Shown piece by piece: positions 1 through 11,229 of a stretch of 34,570 nucleotides of DNA (position 1 is its first letter; each line of letters opens with the position of its first letter). The notes beneath the pieces were generated by a model that worked only from the letters and a program-made list of their open reading frames with translations, was not told the DNA's origin and searched no databases. Location: the NCBI RefSeq assembly GCF_004010195.1, contig NW_025215205.1, positions 1 through 34,570 on the forward strand. The letters run 5' to 3'. This stretch comes from Chiloscyllium plagiosum. Its lineage: Eukaryota. A program made the position numbers and the translations under genes.

Positions 1-3000
1 CAGAGAGTGGTGACAGTGTTTAAGAGCAGTCAGAGAGTGGGGACAGTGTTTAACAGCAGTCAGAGCGTTAGGACGGTGTTTAACAGCAGTCAGAGAGTGG
101 GAACAGTGTTTAACAGCAGTCAGAGAGTGGGGACAGTGTTTAACATCAGTCAGAGAGTGGGGACAGAGCAGTGAGAGAGTGGGTATGATGTTTAACAGTA
201 CTCAGAGCGTGGTGACAGTGTTTAACAGTAGTCAGAGAGTGGGGACGGTGTTTAACAGTAATCAGAGCGTGGTGACAGTGTTTAACAGCAGTCAGAGAGT
301 GGGGGTGGTGTTTAACAGGAATCAAAGCGTGGTGACAGTGTTTAACCGCAGTCAGACAGTGGGGACGGTGTTTAACAGTAATCAGAGCGTGGTGACAGTG
401 TTTAACAGCAGTCAGAGAGTGGGGACAGTGTTTAACAGCAGTCAGAGAGTGGGGACAGTGTTTAACAGCAGTCAAAGAGTGGGTATGATGTTTAACAGTA
501 CTCAGAGCATGGTGACAGTGTTTAACAGTAGTCAGAGAGTGGGGATGATGTTTAACAGTACTCAGAGCGTGGTGACAGTGTTTAACAAGAGTCAGTGAGT
601 GGGGACGGTGTTTAACAGTAATCAGAGCGTGGTGACAGTGTTTAACAGCAGTCAGAGCGTGGGGACAGTGTTTAACAGTAATCAGAGCGTGGTGACAGTG
701 TTTAACAGCAGTCAGAGAGTGGGGACAGTGTTTAACAGCAGTCAGGGACTGGGGACAGTGTTTAACAGCAGTCAGAGAGTGGGGACGGTGTTTAACAGTA
801 ATCAGAGCGTGCTGACAGTGTTTAACAGCAGTCAGAGAGTGGGGACGGTGTTTAACAGTAATCAGAGCGTGGTGACAGTGTCTAACATCAGTCAGAGAGT
901 ACAGCAGTCAGAGAGTGGGGACGATGTTTAACAGCAGTCAGAGCGTGGTGACAGTGTTTAACAGCAGTCAGAGAGTGGGGACAGTGTTTAACAGTAATCA
1001 GAGTATGGACAGTGTTTAACAGCAGTCAGAGCGTGGTGACAGTGTTTAACAACAGTCAGAGAGTGGGAAAGGTTTTTAACAGCAATCCAAGATTGAGGAC
1101 GGTGTTTTACAGCAATCAGTGAGTGGGGATGTTGTTTAACAGCAGTCAGAGCCTGGGGATGCGGTTTAATAGCTGTCAGAGAGGGGGTCAGTGTGTGACA
1201 GCAATTAGCGAGTTAGGGCTTGGTTTCACCACCATCAGACAGTGGGGACGATGTTGAACCACAATCAGACAGTGGGGATGGTGTTGAACAGCAGGGAGAG
1301 ACTGGGGACGGTGTTTAACAGCAGTGAGAGAGTGGGGACAGTGTTTAACAGCAGTGAGAGAGTGGGGACCGTGTTTAACAGCAATGGGAGGGTGGGAATG
1401 ACATTCAACAACAATCAGAGTGGGGACAGTGACTAACAGCAGTCAGACAGTGGGGATGGTGTTTAACAGCAGTCAGAGAGTGGGGGACAGTGTTTAACAG
1501 CAGTCAGAGAGTGGGGACAGTGTTTAACAGCAGTCAGAGATTGGGGACAGTGTTTTACAGCAGTCAGAGAGTAGGGGTGGTGTTTGACAGCAGTCAGAGA
1601 GTGGGAACAGTGTTTAGCAGCAATCCGCGTTTTTGGACAGTGTTTAACAACAATCAGAGATTAGGGGCAGTGTTTAACAGCAATCAGAGCCTGGGGACGC
1701 GGTTGAATAGAAGTCAGAGAGGAGTCAGGGTGTGACAGCAATCAGAGAGTTGGGGCTTCGTTTCACCACAGTCAGAGAGTGGGGAGAGTAATTAACAGCA
1801 GTCAGAGAGGGGAGATGGTGTTTAACAGCAAAGAGTGGGACTGTGTTTAACAACAGTCAGAGAATGGGGATAGTGTTTAACAGCAGTCAGAGTGTGGGGA
1901 TGATGTTTAACTGCAGTCAGAGTGTGGGGATAGTGTTTAACTGCAGTCAGAGAGCAAGGACAGTATTTGACAGCGGTCAGAGACTGGGGACAGTATTCAA
2001 CATCAATCAGAGAGTGGGAATGGTGTTTCACAGCAATCAGTGAGTGGGGGGATGGTGTTTAACAGCAATGGGAGGGAGTGGACGTTGTTTAACATCAATC
2101 AGAGAATGGTCAATGTGTTGAACAGCAGTCAGAGAGTGAGGATGATGTTTAACCGCAGTCAGAGAGTGGGGATGATGTTTAACCGCAGTCAGAGAGTGGG
2201 GACATTTAACAGCAGTCAGAGAGTGGGGACGGTGTTTAACAGCAGTCAGAGAGTGGGGACGGTGTTTAACAGCAGTCAGAGAGTGGGGACGGTGTTTAAC
2301 AGCAGTCAGAGAGTGGGGACGGTGTTTAACAGCAGTCAGAGAGTGGGGACGGTGTTTAACAGCAGTCAGAGAGTGGGGACGGTGTTTAACAGCAGTCAGA
2401 GAGTGGGGACGGTGTTTAACAGCAGTCAGAGAGTGGGGACGGTGTTTAACAGCAGTCAGAGAGTGGGGACGGTGTTTAACAGCAGTCAGAGAGTGGGGAC
2501 GGTGTTTAACAGCAGTCAGAGAGTGGGGACGGTGTTTAACAGCAGTCAGAGAGTGGGGACGGTGTTTAACAGCAGTCAGAGAGTGGGGACGGTGTTTAAC
2601 AGCAGTCAGAGAGTGGGGACGGTGTTTAACAGCAGTCAGAGAGTGGGGACGGTGTTTAACAGCAGTCAGAGAGTGGGGACGGTGTTTAACAGCAGTCAGA
2701 GAGTGGGGACGGTGTTTAACAGCAGTCAGAGAGTGGGGACGGTGTTTAACAGCAGTCAGAGAGTGGGGACGGTGTTTAACAGCAGTCAGAGAGTGGGGAC
2801 GGTGTTTAACAGCAGTCAGAGAGTGGGGACGGTGTTTAACAGCAGTCTGAGAGTGGGGACAGTGTTTAACAGCAGTCAGAGAGTGGGGACAGTGTTTTAC
2901 GGCAGTCAGAGAGTGGAGATGGTGTTTAACAGCAGTCAGAGTGTGGTGACAGTGTTTAAGAGCAGTCAGAGAGTGGGGACAGTGTTTAACAGCAGTCAGA

Positions 3001-5245
3001 GCGTGAGGCCGGTGTTTAACAGCAGTCAGAGAGTGGTGACAGTGTTTAACAGCAGTTAGAGAGTGGGGACGATGTTTAACATCTGTTAGAGAGTGGGGAC
3101 AGAGTTTAACAGCAGTTAGAGAGTGGGGACAGTGTTTAACAGCAGTCAGAGAGTGGGGACGGTGTTTAACAGTAATCAGAGCGTGGTGACAGTGTTTAAC
3201 AGCAGTCAGAGAGTGGGGACAGTGTTTAACAGGAATCACAGCGTGGTGACAGTGTTTAACAGCAGTCAGAGAGTGGGGACAGTGTTTAACAGTAATCAGA
3301 GAGTGGTGACAGTGTTTAACAGCTGTCAGACAGTGGGGACGGTGTTTAACAGTAATCAGAGCGTGGTGACAGTGTTTAACAGCAGTGAGAGAGTGGGGAC
3401 GGTGTTTAACAATAATCAGAGCGTGGTGACAGTGTTTAACAGCTGTCAGAGAGTGGGGACGGTGTTTAACAGTAATCAGAGCGTGGTGACAGTGTTTAAC
3501 AGCTGTCAGACAGTGGGGACGGTGTTTAACAGTAATCAGAGAGTGGGGACAGTGTTTAACAGCAGTCAGAGAGTGGGGACGGTGTTTAACAGTGATCAGA
3601 GAGTGGGGACAGTGTTTAACAGTAGTCAGAGAGTGGGGATGGTGTTTAACAGTAATCTGAGCGTGGTGACAGTGTTTAACAGTAATCAGAGAGCAAGGAC
3701 AGTATTTGACAGCGGTCAGAGACTGGGGACAGTATTCAACATCAATCAGAGAGTGGGAATGGTGTTTCACAGCAATCAGTGAGTGGGGGGATGGTGTTTA
3801 ACCGCAATGGGAGGGAGTGGACGTTGTTTAACATCAATCAGAGAATGGTGACATTGTTTAACAGCAGTCAGAGAGTGAGAATGATGTTTAACAGCAGTCA
3901 GAGAGTGGGGATGGTGTTTAACCGCAGTCAGAGAGTGGGGATGATGTTTAACCGCAGTCAGAGAGTGGGTACTTTGTTTAACCGCAGTCAGAGAGTGGGT
4001 ACGGTGTTTAACCGCAGTCAGAGAGTGGGTACGCTGTTTGACAGCAGTCGGAGATTGGGAACAGTGTTTAGCAGCCGTCAGAGAGTAGGGGTGGTGTTTA
4101 ACAGCAGTCAGAGCCTGGGGATGCGGTTTAATAGCTGTCAGAGAGGGGGTCAGTGTGTGACTGCAATTAGCGAGTTAGGGCTTGGTTTCACCACCATCAG
4201 ACAGTGGGGACGATGTTGAACCACAATCAGAGAGTGGGGACGGTGTTTAACAGCAATGGGAGGGTGGGAATGACATTTAACAACAATCAGAGTGGTGGAC
4301 AGTGACTAACGGCAATCAGACAGTGGGGATGGTGTTTAACAGCAATCGGGGTTTTGGGACTTTGTTTCACAGCAGTCAGAGAGTGGGGACGGTGTTTAAC
4401 AGCAGTCAGAGATTGGGGACAGTGTTTTATAGCAGTCAGAGAGTGGGGACGGTGTTTAACCGCAGTCAGAGAGTGGGGACAGTGTTTAACAGCAGTCAGA
4501 GTGTGGGGACAGTGTTTAACCGCAGTCAGAGAGTGGGCACAGTGTTTAACAGCAGTCAGAGAGTGGGAACGGTGTTTAACAGCAGTCAGAGAGTGGGCAG
4601 GATGTTTAATAGCAGTCAGATAGTGGGGACAGTGTTTAACAGCAGTCAGAAAGTGGGGACGGTGTTTAGCAGCAGAGAGTGGGGGACGGTGTTTAACAGC
4701 AATCGGGGTTTTGGCACAGTGTTTAACAGCAGTCAGAGAGTGGGGACGATGTTTAACAGCAGTCAGAGAGTGGGGACGATGTTTAACAGCAGTCAGAGAG
4801 TGGGGACAGTGTTTAACAGCAGTCAGAGAGTGGGCACAGTGTTTAACAGCAGTCAGAGAGTGGGGACGATGTTTAACAGCAGTCAGAGAGTGGGGACGGT
4901 GTTTAGCAGCAGAGAGTGGGGGACGGTGTTTAACAGCAATCAGAGAGTGGGCAGGATGTTTAATAGCAGTCAGAGAGTGGGGACAGTGTTTAACAGCAGA
5001 GAGTGGGGATGGTGTTTAACAGCAGTCAGAGAGTGGGGACGGTGTTTAGCAGCAGAGAGTGGGGGACAGTGTTTAATAGCAGTCAGAAACTGGGAACGGT
5101 GTTTAATAGCAGTCAGAGAGTGGGGATGGTGTTTCACAGCAGTCAGAGAGTGGGGGACAGTATTTAAGAGCAGTCAGAGACTGGGGACGGTGTTTAATAG
5201 CAGTCAGAAACTTTGGATGGTGTTTAACAGCAATAAAGAGTGTTC
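1..5245. repeat. 30-bp minisatellite, consensus TTTAACAGCAGTCAGAGAGTGGGGACGGTG, intronic, runs off the 5' window edge
   Basis: Direct 30-nt periodicity throughout. About 21 identical units at 2205-2847, with degenerate flanks. Alternating 60-bp dimers (AGTAATCAGAGCGTGGTGAC / AGCAGTCAGAGAGTGGGGAC) at about 180-900 and 3150-3690. Confidence 0.97.
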
Positions 5246-5433
5246 GGTGTTTGAGAGTTGGAACTGATGTGGGATGTGTGCTGTCACAGCTGTAAACTCA
5301 CTGCGTTGATTCCTCACTGGGTCCTGCACATTGGAACATTCAACTCCTGCTCTGAACTACTTCCAGGTTTGATCTTTTTGGGGGTGACTGGTGCACCTCT
5401 GTGTCTAGTTTCCTTAGTCCCTGAACTTTGCCT

Positions 5434-6044
5434 CCCAGGTTGACCGGGTTATTAAGAATTTGTATGGTGTGTTAGCGTTTATTAGTATTTGGATTGAGTT
5501 TCGGAGCCACGAGGTCATGCTTCAGGCCGCTCCTGCTGTATTGTGTACAGTTCTGGTCACTGCATTATAGGAAGGATATGGAAGCTTTGGGAAGGGTTCA
5601 GAGGACATTTACTAGGATGTTGCCTGTTATAGAAGGAAGTACTTCGGAGGAAAGGCTGAGGAAACTGAGGTTGGTTTCGTTAGATAGAAGATGGTGACTT
5701 AATCGAGACGTATGAGATAATCAGCGGGTTAGATAACGTGGACGGTGAGAGCGTTTTTCCTCGGAAGACGAAGGCTAACATGAGGTGACATAGATTTAAA
5801 TTGAGGGGTGAAAGATTTCGGACAGATATCGGGGGAGGTTCTTTACTTTGCGAGTAGTAGGGGCGTGGAATGGCCTGCCTGCAACAGTAGTAGACTCACC
5901 GACATTAACGGCATTTAAATGGGCATTGGACATATATCTGGGTAATATATAGGTGTAGGTTAGATGGGCATCAGGTTAACTTCACAGGCCGGTGCCACAT
6001 CGAGGGCCGAAGGGCCTCTACTGCACTGTAACGTTCTGTGTTCT
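5434..6044 (+). mobile_element. CR1-clade LINE, 5'-truncated 3' end (degenerate)
   Basis: Translates to YCVQFWSLHYRKDMEALGRVQRTFTRMLP, typical of the CR1 ORF2 C-terminus. Ends in ...GGGCCGAAGGGCCT...GCACTGTAACGTTCTGTGTTCTG, a CR1-type 3' tail. Confidence 0.9.
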
Positions 6045-6084
6045 GAGATGCTGTTGTAACTGAGATGGAATCTTTTCTCTGTAG

Positions 6085-6202
6085 ATTTTAACAGGCGAGG
6101 ACTGGAATGAGGTGATGTACAACGGGATAAAATCCCAGGGCGGAGTAAACTCAGGAATGTGGTCATCTGTCTACTTTATTGTCCTTACACTCTTTGGAAA
6201 CT
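6085..6202 (+). CDS. CACNA1E: Cav2 alpha-1 (CACNA1E-like) exon: domain II pore loop and start of IIS6, [39 protein letters not shown](Y)
   Basis: Not in the ORF track; translated by hand. Acceptor TCTTTTCTCTGTAG| and donor |GTATCCTTT. 118 nt, phase 0 to 1. Contains the selectivity-filter motif TGEDWN (Glu codon 6097-6099). EVMYNGI.SQGGV.SGMWS is the CACNA1E-type sequence. Orthology versus a CACNA1E-like paralogue is unresolved. Confidence 0.95.
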
Positions 6203-6975
6203 GTATCCTTTCACTGAGCATCACATCCTGTTCTCTCTGGTTTTCAGTTTGCAAGCTGGGCTTTATCCATGTGGTACTCAAATAATTCATGCTGTTTGCA
6301 AAATATGGGAAGGTGGCCGGTGTGGCATGTGTGAGAGAGCATTCTCAAATTGACATCAAAATGCACTAACTTATCACTGATCCTGAGCCTTCAGCTGCCT
6401 CATGCCAGGTATTAGCGGCAGAGACAGCACAAAACCGATAGGCCGTGTCACCATGGTAACTGTGACAATGAAGACACCAGTTTTGAATATTGACCACAGT
6501 TGGTTGGAGAATTCACGTCTCACTGTGCATCATGTCTGTGTGGTCTTGCAGCCTTCAAATTGTAAAATACTTGATCTTTCAGCTTCTGCCTCAAATAATG
6601 AGGAAGGGGCATCTGGGACCAGCCAACGGAGTCCTTTATCAAGGCAGTTGAAAATACAGCGGAATGATAGGCAATAAATGTAACACAGTGAAATGGAGCC
6701 AACAACAAGTCTGAAAGAGAAATATGGATTAACGTAATCAAAGAGAAAAGCAAAGCAGGAGAAAGTCAAAATAACATTGCTCATTTTCAACATCCTTTTC
6801 AAACAATCACGGTCGTATGAACCTCCATATTTTAAATTGTCTGCTCCCTAAGCTGGAGACAATTACATTGTAAATCTGTAAGCTTCTTTCTTAAAAAGGA
6901 TCTTTCTGCTGTTTCAGTACCAGCCCTAACTTGCTGCAGTGTGAGCTATTAGTATGCAAACAAGACAGTGTTTCA

Positions 6976-7270
6976 AAAACACTCACTGGAGGGCCCCCCT
7001 TGTGGTGCAATGGTAGTGTCCTTACCTCTAGACTGAGAGGCCTGGGTTGATGTTGCACTGCTCCAGAGGTGTATACTAATATTCCTGAGCTGGTTGATTA
7101 GAAAAATAGGTTAATTTTTAAAAAAATGTCACCAGAGGGACCCTCTTGTGGTAGTGTTCCTACTGCTAGACTGGGTGGCCTGGGTTTCATTCCCACACAC
7201 TTCAGTGTAGTAGCATCTGTGAACAGGTTGATTAGCTAAATAGGTTCAATTAAAATAAAACACTCACTGG
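6976..7270 (+). mobile_element. Tandem pair of short (~120-bp) tRNA-like SINE units flanked by a 14-bp direct repeat
   Basis: Two related units at about 6990-7115 and 7135-7255 (CTTGTGGT...GGTAGTGT.C.TAC..CTAGACTG...GGCCTGGGTT...GGTTGATTAG...AAATAGGTT). AAAACACTCACTGG occurs at 6976-6989 and 7257-7270. Confidence 0.65.
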
Positions 7271-7699
7271 CTGTTTGAGGGTGGGCTGCTGCTGATGGAA
7301 TGGTACAAATTGTCTACCTATGGGGATTGACAGTTCCTCCTTTAATACAAGTAGCCTGGCGATTATCACATTAAGAACTGCAACAAACTTACCCCTCACA
7401 TTATTTCCCCAACAGCTCGTTGTTCAACCATGGAGAGGCACTGTTCCCCTGACACTTGAATCCCACTCCCCAAGGAGTGAATGATGCTAACCACCCTCTG
7501 AAGAGTGCAAGGTGGAGGCTTTAGCCTCACCTGGAGTGCCAGTGGTATTATGCACTGGCAAAGGTTTGTCACCCTAACCATGACAAAGTGCCCATTCTTG
7601 CTTACAAAATAAACTCAGCTCTGTTAAGGAAAATGATCCATGGGTCAGTACACAGTTTGAGGATAGAATTTAGATTAAAAGCATAGTATTTCCAAAATG

Positions 7700-8880
7700 A
7701 GTAGTAAGCCTGAGAATTAGGATTGTTTGGAAACTGGCTAAGGGTGACTGATAAATTGATAAAATATGAAACTATAACTTGCAGGTTAACTAGCCTGATG
7801 TAGGAAATCAGATTCTAAGAGTTTTGACAAGTTCATAAAAAATAGAAAAAAGAGAGTAGGCAAAGTGAAAAATTAATCCTTAAAGACTAAAGCAGAATAA
7901 TTTATAATGGGGAATGAGGAAATGACGGAGGTGTCAAAAAAGCATGTCTATATCTATCTTCCAAGCAGAAGACCCAAAAGGATGCCACACGTTCTGGGGA
8001 ACCGATTATCTAATGAGAGTTGAGCTTAAAGTAATTAATGAAGAATAAGTGCAGGAAAAAGGTAATGGGACAAAAGCTCCTGGACCTGATGATCTGCAAT
8101 GATGACTTCAGGGATACTGGATTCACTAGTTTGCATCTTCTAACATGCCTCAAACGATTCCCTTTTGGATTGGAAAACTGCAGATGTAACATACTGTTGA
8201 AGAAATCTGGGAAGAGAAATGGGAGAACTGCAGGCCACTTAGCCTGACATCGGTTTTCAGGAACATGATGGAACCTATTATTCAAGAAGTGGTAACAAGA
8301 TGCATGAAAGACAATATTATGATGATTGGGCAAGGTGATTCTATGAAAGAGAAATTGTTTGTTAAATCTATTACTGCTTTTTGAGGATGTAGCCAGCTGT
8401 ATTGATAAAGGGGGAAGTAACATTTTTATTGATTGACTGGGCTGGGCTGGGCTGGGCGAGCATTTATTACTCATCCCTAGGTATCCTGGAGAAGGTGGTC
8501 ATGAGCTGCCTTCGTGAACCGCTGCAGTCCATGTGCTGTAGGTTGATCCAGAATGCCCTTAAGGAGGAAATTCCAGGATTTAAACCAGCAACAATGTAGG
8601 AACAATAATATATTTCCAAGTCAGGATGATGAATGGCTTGGAAGGGGACTTGTAGGGGTGGTGTTCCCATATATCCGCTGCCCATGTCCTTCTAGATGGA
8701 AATGGTGATGGTGGTTTGAAGGGAGCAGCGATGTAGTTTCTTCTGATTTTCAACATTCACAAGATGAGGTGCCACAAAATAATGTGTTGCAGAGGATGCA
8801 GACTCAGAGTCGGGGGTTAGTACATTGACATAGTTAGAGCATTGATTAAATGACAGAAACCAGAGTAAAAATGAACGGAT
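7700..8880 (+). mobile_element. Old, heavily degenerate CR1 LINE ORF2 (tether/RT) fragment, interrupted at ~8430-8720
   Basis: Remnants of KAPGPD, NCRPLSLTSV, CLLNLLLLFEDV before the interruption, resuming with a decayed DVV..DFQ....VP motif at ~8730. Confidence 0.7.
8430..8720 (-). mobile_element. 3' end of a CR1/L2-group LINE nested in the older CR1
   Basis: Reverse strand reads ...ACCACCTTCTCCAGGATACCTAGGGATGAGTAATAAATGCTCGCCCAGCC. From recall this resembles an abundant shark LINE 3' end. It interrupts the RT homology of the flanking element. Confidence 0.6.
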
Positions 8881-9104
8881 GCAACACTTACCTGGGGGAT
8901 GGGGTCTCAGGATACTGACTGAGGAAACCCAGTTCCAGTCAGATTACTCAGAATCACAGTCAGCTGTTCTACTGAAACTAGAAAGGTGACAAACATCCTT
9001 TATGATTGGCATCTGGTCTGCCAGTTTCCGTCAATTCAGCACTGGAAGACCAACCTCGTGTTGCTTTGCCCTTTCCTGTAATTAAGTGAAATCTTTCCTG
9101 TAAG

Positions 9105-9668
9105 GTTTGGCATGATCTGCTCACGTGTATTGGATACAATTTTGGTCCCCTTCCTTGAGAAAGGATGTAATTGCATTGGACACAGATCAGAGGGGAACAC
9201 TTTATTGACTCCAGCAGTGAGGGCTTTGTCTTATGAAGAAGGATTGAGCAGATTAGGCCAATACTGTGCACAGTTTAGAACAATGAGAGTAGATCTCATT
9301 GAGGTCTTTAAGTTGCTAAAGGCTATTGACAAGGTAGACACAGAGTGCATGCTTCTTGTGGGACAATCTAGAATGAGAATTCATGGTTTTAGGATAAGGG
9401 ATGTCAAATTTAAAATAGAGATGAAGAGGAATCATTTCACTCAAAGGGATGTGAATCTGTGGAATACCCGACCCCACAGTTGAATGCTGGGTTACTGAGT
9501 AAATTTAAGGAGGAGATAGACCGATTTTAAATAGTAATGAGCTGAAGGATTGAGGAAAGCAGACAGGAAAGTGGAGTTGAGGCCAAGGTGAGATCAGCCA
9601 TGATTGTATTAAATGGCTGAACAGGTTCAACAGGCTGAATAGTCTATTCCTCCTCCTAGTTCTTATAT
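9105..9668 (+). mobile_element. CR1 LINE 3' end (degenerate)
   Basis: LSYEEGLSRLG...RMRVDLIEVFKLLKAIDKVD...FTQRDVNLWN, then a 3' UTR ending CCTCCTAGTTCTTATATG. Confidence 0.88.
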
Positions 9669-9710
9669 GGTGATTGGGCAGTTCCCCATTTCCTTAACTC
9701 GGATGCAAAG

Positions 9711-9778
9711 ACACCTTGCTCAATGTCTTCTTGGCCATCGCTGTGGATAATCTCGCCAATGCCCAGGAGCTGACAAAG
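9711..9778 (+). CDS. CACNA1E: Cav2 alpha-1 exon: IIS6 C-terminal half, (Y)TLLNVFLAIAVDNLANAQELTK
   Basis: Invariant Cav2 sequence. 68 nt, phase 1 to 0. U12 acceptor, donor AAG|GTAAAA. In frame with both neighbours. Confidence 0.96.
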
Positions 9779-9974
9779 GTAAAATGTCCTCTTTGTTGGT
9801 GTGGTACTATCAGCTTTCAACCAACTGGAAAACACTGGGAATCAGAGAGATTTGTACAAATGAAAGGCAGTCTTGACCAAGAATCCATGCAGTGCAACAT
9901 GGGAATGGAGCTGTGCACAGATCTCAGGCAATGTGGGCAAGAGAGCTGTGACATAGTCTGGAGCTGACCTGCTT

Positions 9975-10680
9975 CATTGAATCATACAGTGCACAAGAGG
10001 TCTTTTGGCCCATTGCGTCCATACCGCCAAAGTAAATGCACTACTAGCTACACTAGTCCCAATTCCTCATACTTGGCCCATATAACCTCACATACTCATC
10101 CAAGTACTTGATTAGATTAGATTTCCTACACTATGGAAACAGGGCCTTTGGCCCAACAAGTCCACACCGACCCTCCGAAGAGTAATCCACCCAGACCCAT
10201 TTCCCTACGTTTACCCTGAACACTATGGACAATTTAGCATGGCCGATCCACATCTTTGGATTGTGGGAGGAAACCGGAGCACCCGGAGGAAACCCACGCA
10301 GAGAATGTTCAAACTCCACACAGACACCCACCTGAGGCGGGAATCGAACCCGGGTTCCTGGTGCTGTGAGGCAGCGGTGCTAACCACTGAGCCAGTGCTG
10401 TCCATTTTTTTAAAGGTTGTGAAGTTTCCCAAGAATAGAATCACAGAGTGCAGTCAAAGCCCTTCGGCCCATCAAGTGTGCATCGACGTGTGCTAAAACA
10501 CCTGACCTTCAACCTAATCCCATTCACCAGCACTAGGCCCAGAGCCTTGATTGTTCTGCCAAGTGCCTACTCCATGTACCTTTCAAAGGATGTGAGACAA
10601 TATACCTCCACCACCCTCCCAGGCAGCACATTCCAGACTGTCACCACCCTGAAAACAGGCTTCCTCACATCCCACACAGC
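9975..10680 (-). mobile_element. Two CR1 3'-end fragments (about 9975-10425, split by a SINE, and 10433-10680)
   Basis: Minus-strand RVVTVWNVLPGRVVE...FERY motif, and inverted tails (GAATCATACAG...TTTGGCCC; ATAGAATCACAGAG...CCCTTCGGCCC). Confidence 0.7.
10110..10403 (-). mobile_element. HE1-like tRNA-derived (V-type) SINE, near full length
   Basis: Reverse strand has a GGCTCAGTGGTTAGCACCGCTGCCTCACAGC...GGTTCGATTCCC A/B-box head, a GGGTTTCCTCCGGGTGCTCCGGTTTCCTCCCAC core and an (AATCT)n tail. Confidence 0.92.
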
Positions 10681-10897
10681 AATAGATGAACAAGACTTTG
10701 ACATTACTTCAGGGCCAGAAGCAGTCCATTGGCTGGATGTGAAAGCCACCAACCTGCCTGCAGGAAAGCTCCTGGTGAATGAGAACGAGGGGATGCTGCA
10801 GCATGGGGGCTTAGCTGTGTCCATGGCGACAATGCTGTGAGCCTCGGAAGGGTGCTGAGGATGGTGAGATTGAATAGGATTCACTGTTCTCACCCAG

Positions 10898-10995
10898 GAG
10901 GAGCAGGAAGAAGAGGAGGCTATCAACCAGAAGCATGCACTGCAGAAAGCGAAAGAGGTCAGCCCGATGTCAGCACCTGGCTTCCCATCAACTGA
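10898..10995 (+). CDS. CACNA1E: Cav2 alpha-1 exon: proximal II-III loop, [32 protein letters not shown](E)
   Basis: Acceptor TTCTCACCCAG| and donor GA|GTGAGT. 98 nt, phase 0 to 2. [18 protein letters not shown] is characteristic of CACNA1E rather than CACNA1A/B. Confidence 0.95.
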
Positions 10996-11229
10996 GTGAG
11001 TGGACACGACATGCCTCAAGCCACACCCTGAGGGTCTACTCTCATCTGACAGGTGGACACGGGTGGGGGGATGGGTTGGGGTGGGAGGAAGGGCCTGCCT
11101 TCCTCAATATCCCTGGAAATTATCTGACTTTCATTGCAAGAGCATCCTGCTCATACGTGAAGCTGCTCAGCAGAGTAACATGAGTTTAAACTCTGTCAAG
11201 ACGTGAGACGTCACAAAACAGATTGATTG

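Larger units (their letters stand above)
6203..9710 (+). other. U12-type (minor spliceosome) GT-AG intron, 3508 nt
   Basis: 5' splice site GTATCCTTT (6203-6211). Branch site TTTCCTTAAC (9689-9698) ends 12 nt before the end of the AAAG| acceptor at 9710. No polypyrimidine tract between them. Splits the Tyr codon of FGN-Y-TLL. Confidence 0.95.

Noticed and set aside
2037..3782. 577-aa (HSLTAVKHRP)n and (VGTVFNSSQR)n ORFs as repeat proteins or zinc fingers
   Set aside because: They result from a stop-free 30-bp unit, are open on both strands, and lack C2H2 spacing or supported splice structure.
1..5245. CRISPR-like array of ~30-bp repeats
   Set aside because: Units are directly adjacent with no unique spacers, there are no cas genes, and the context is a vertebrate intron.
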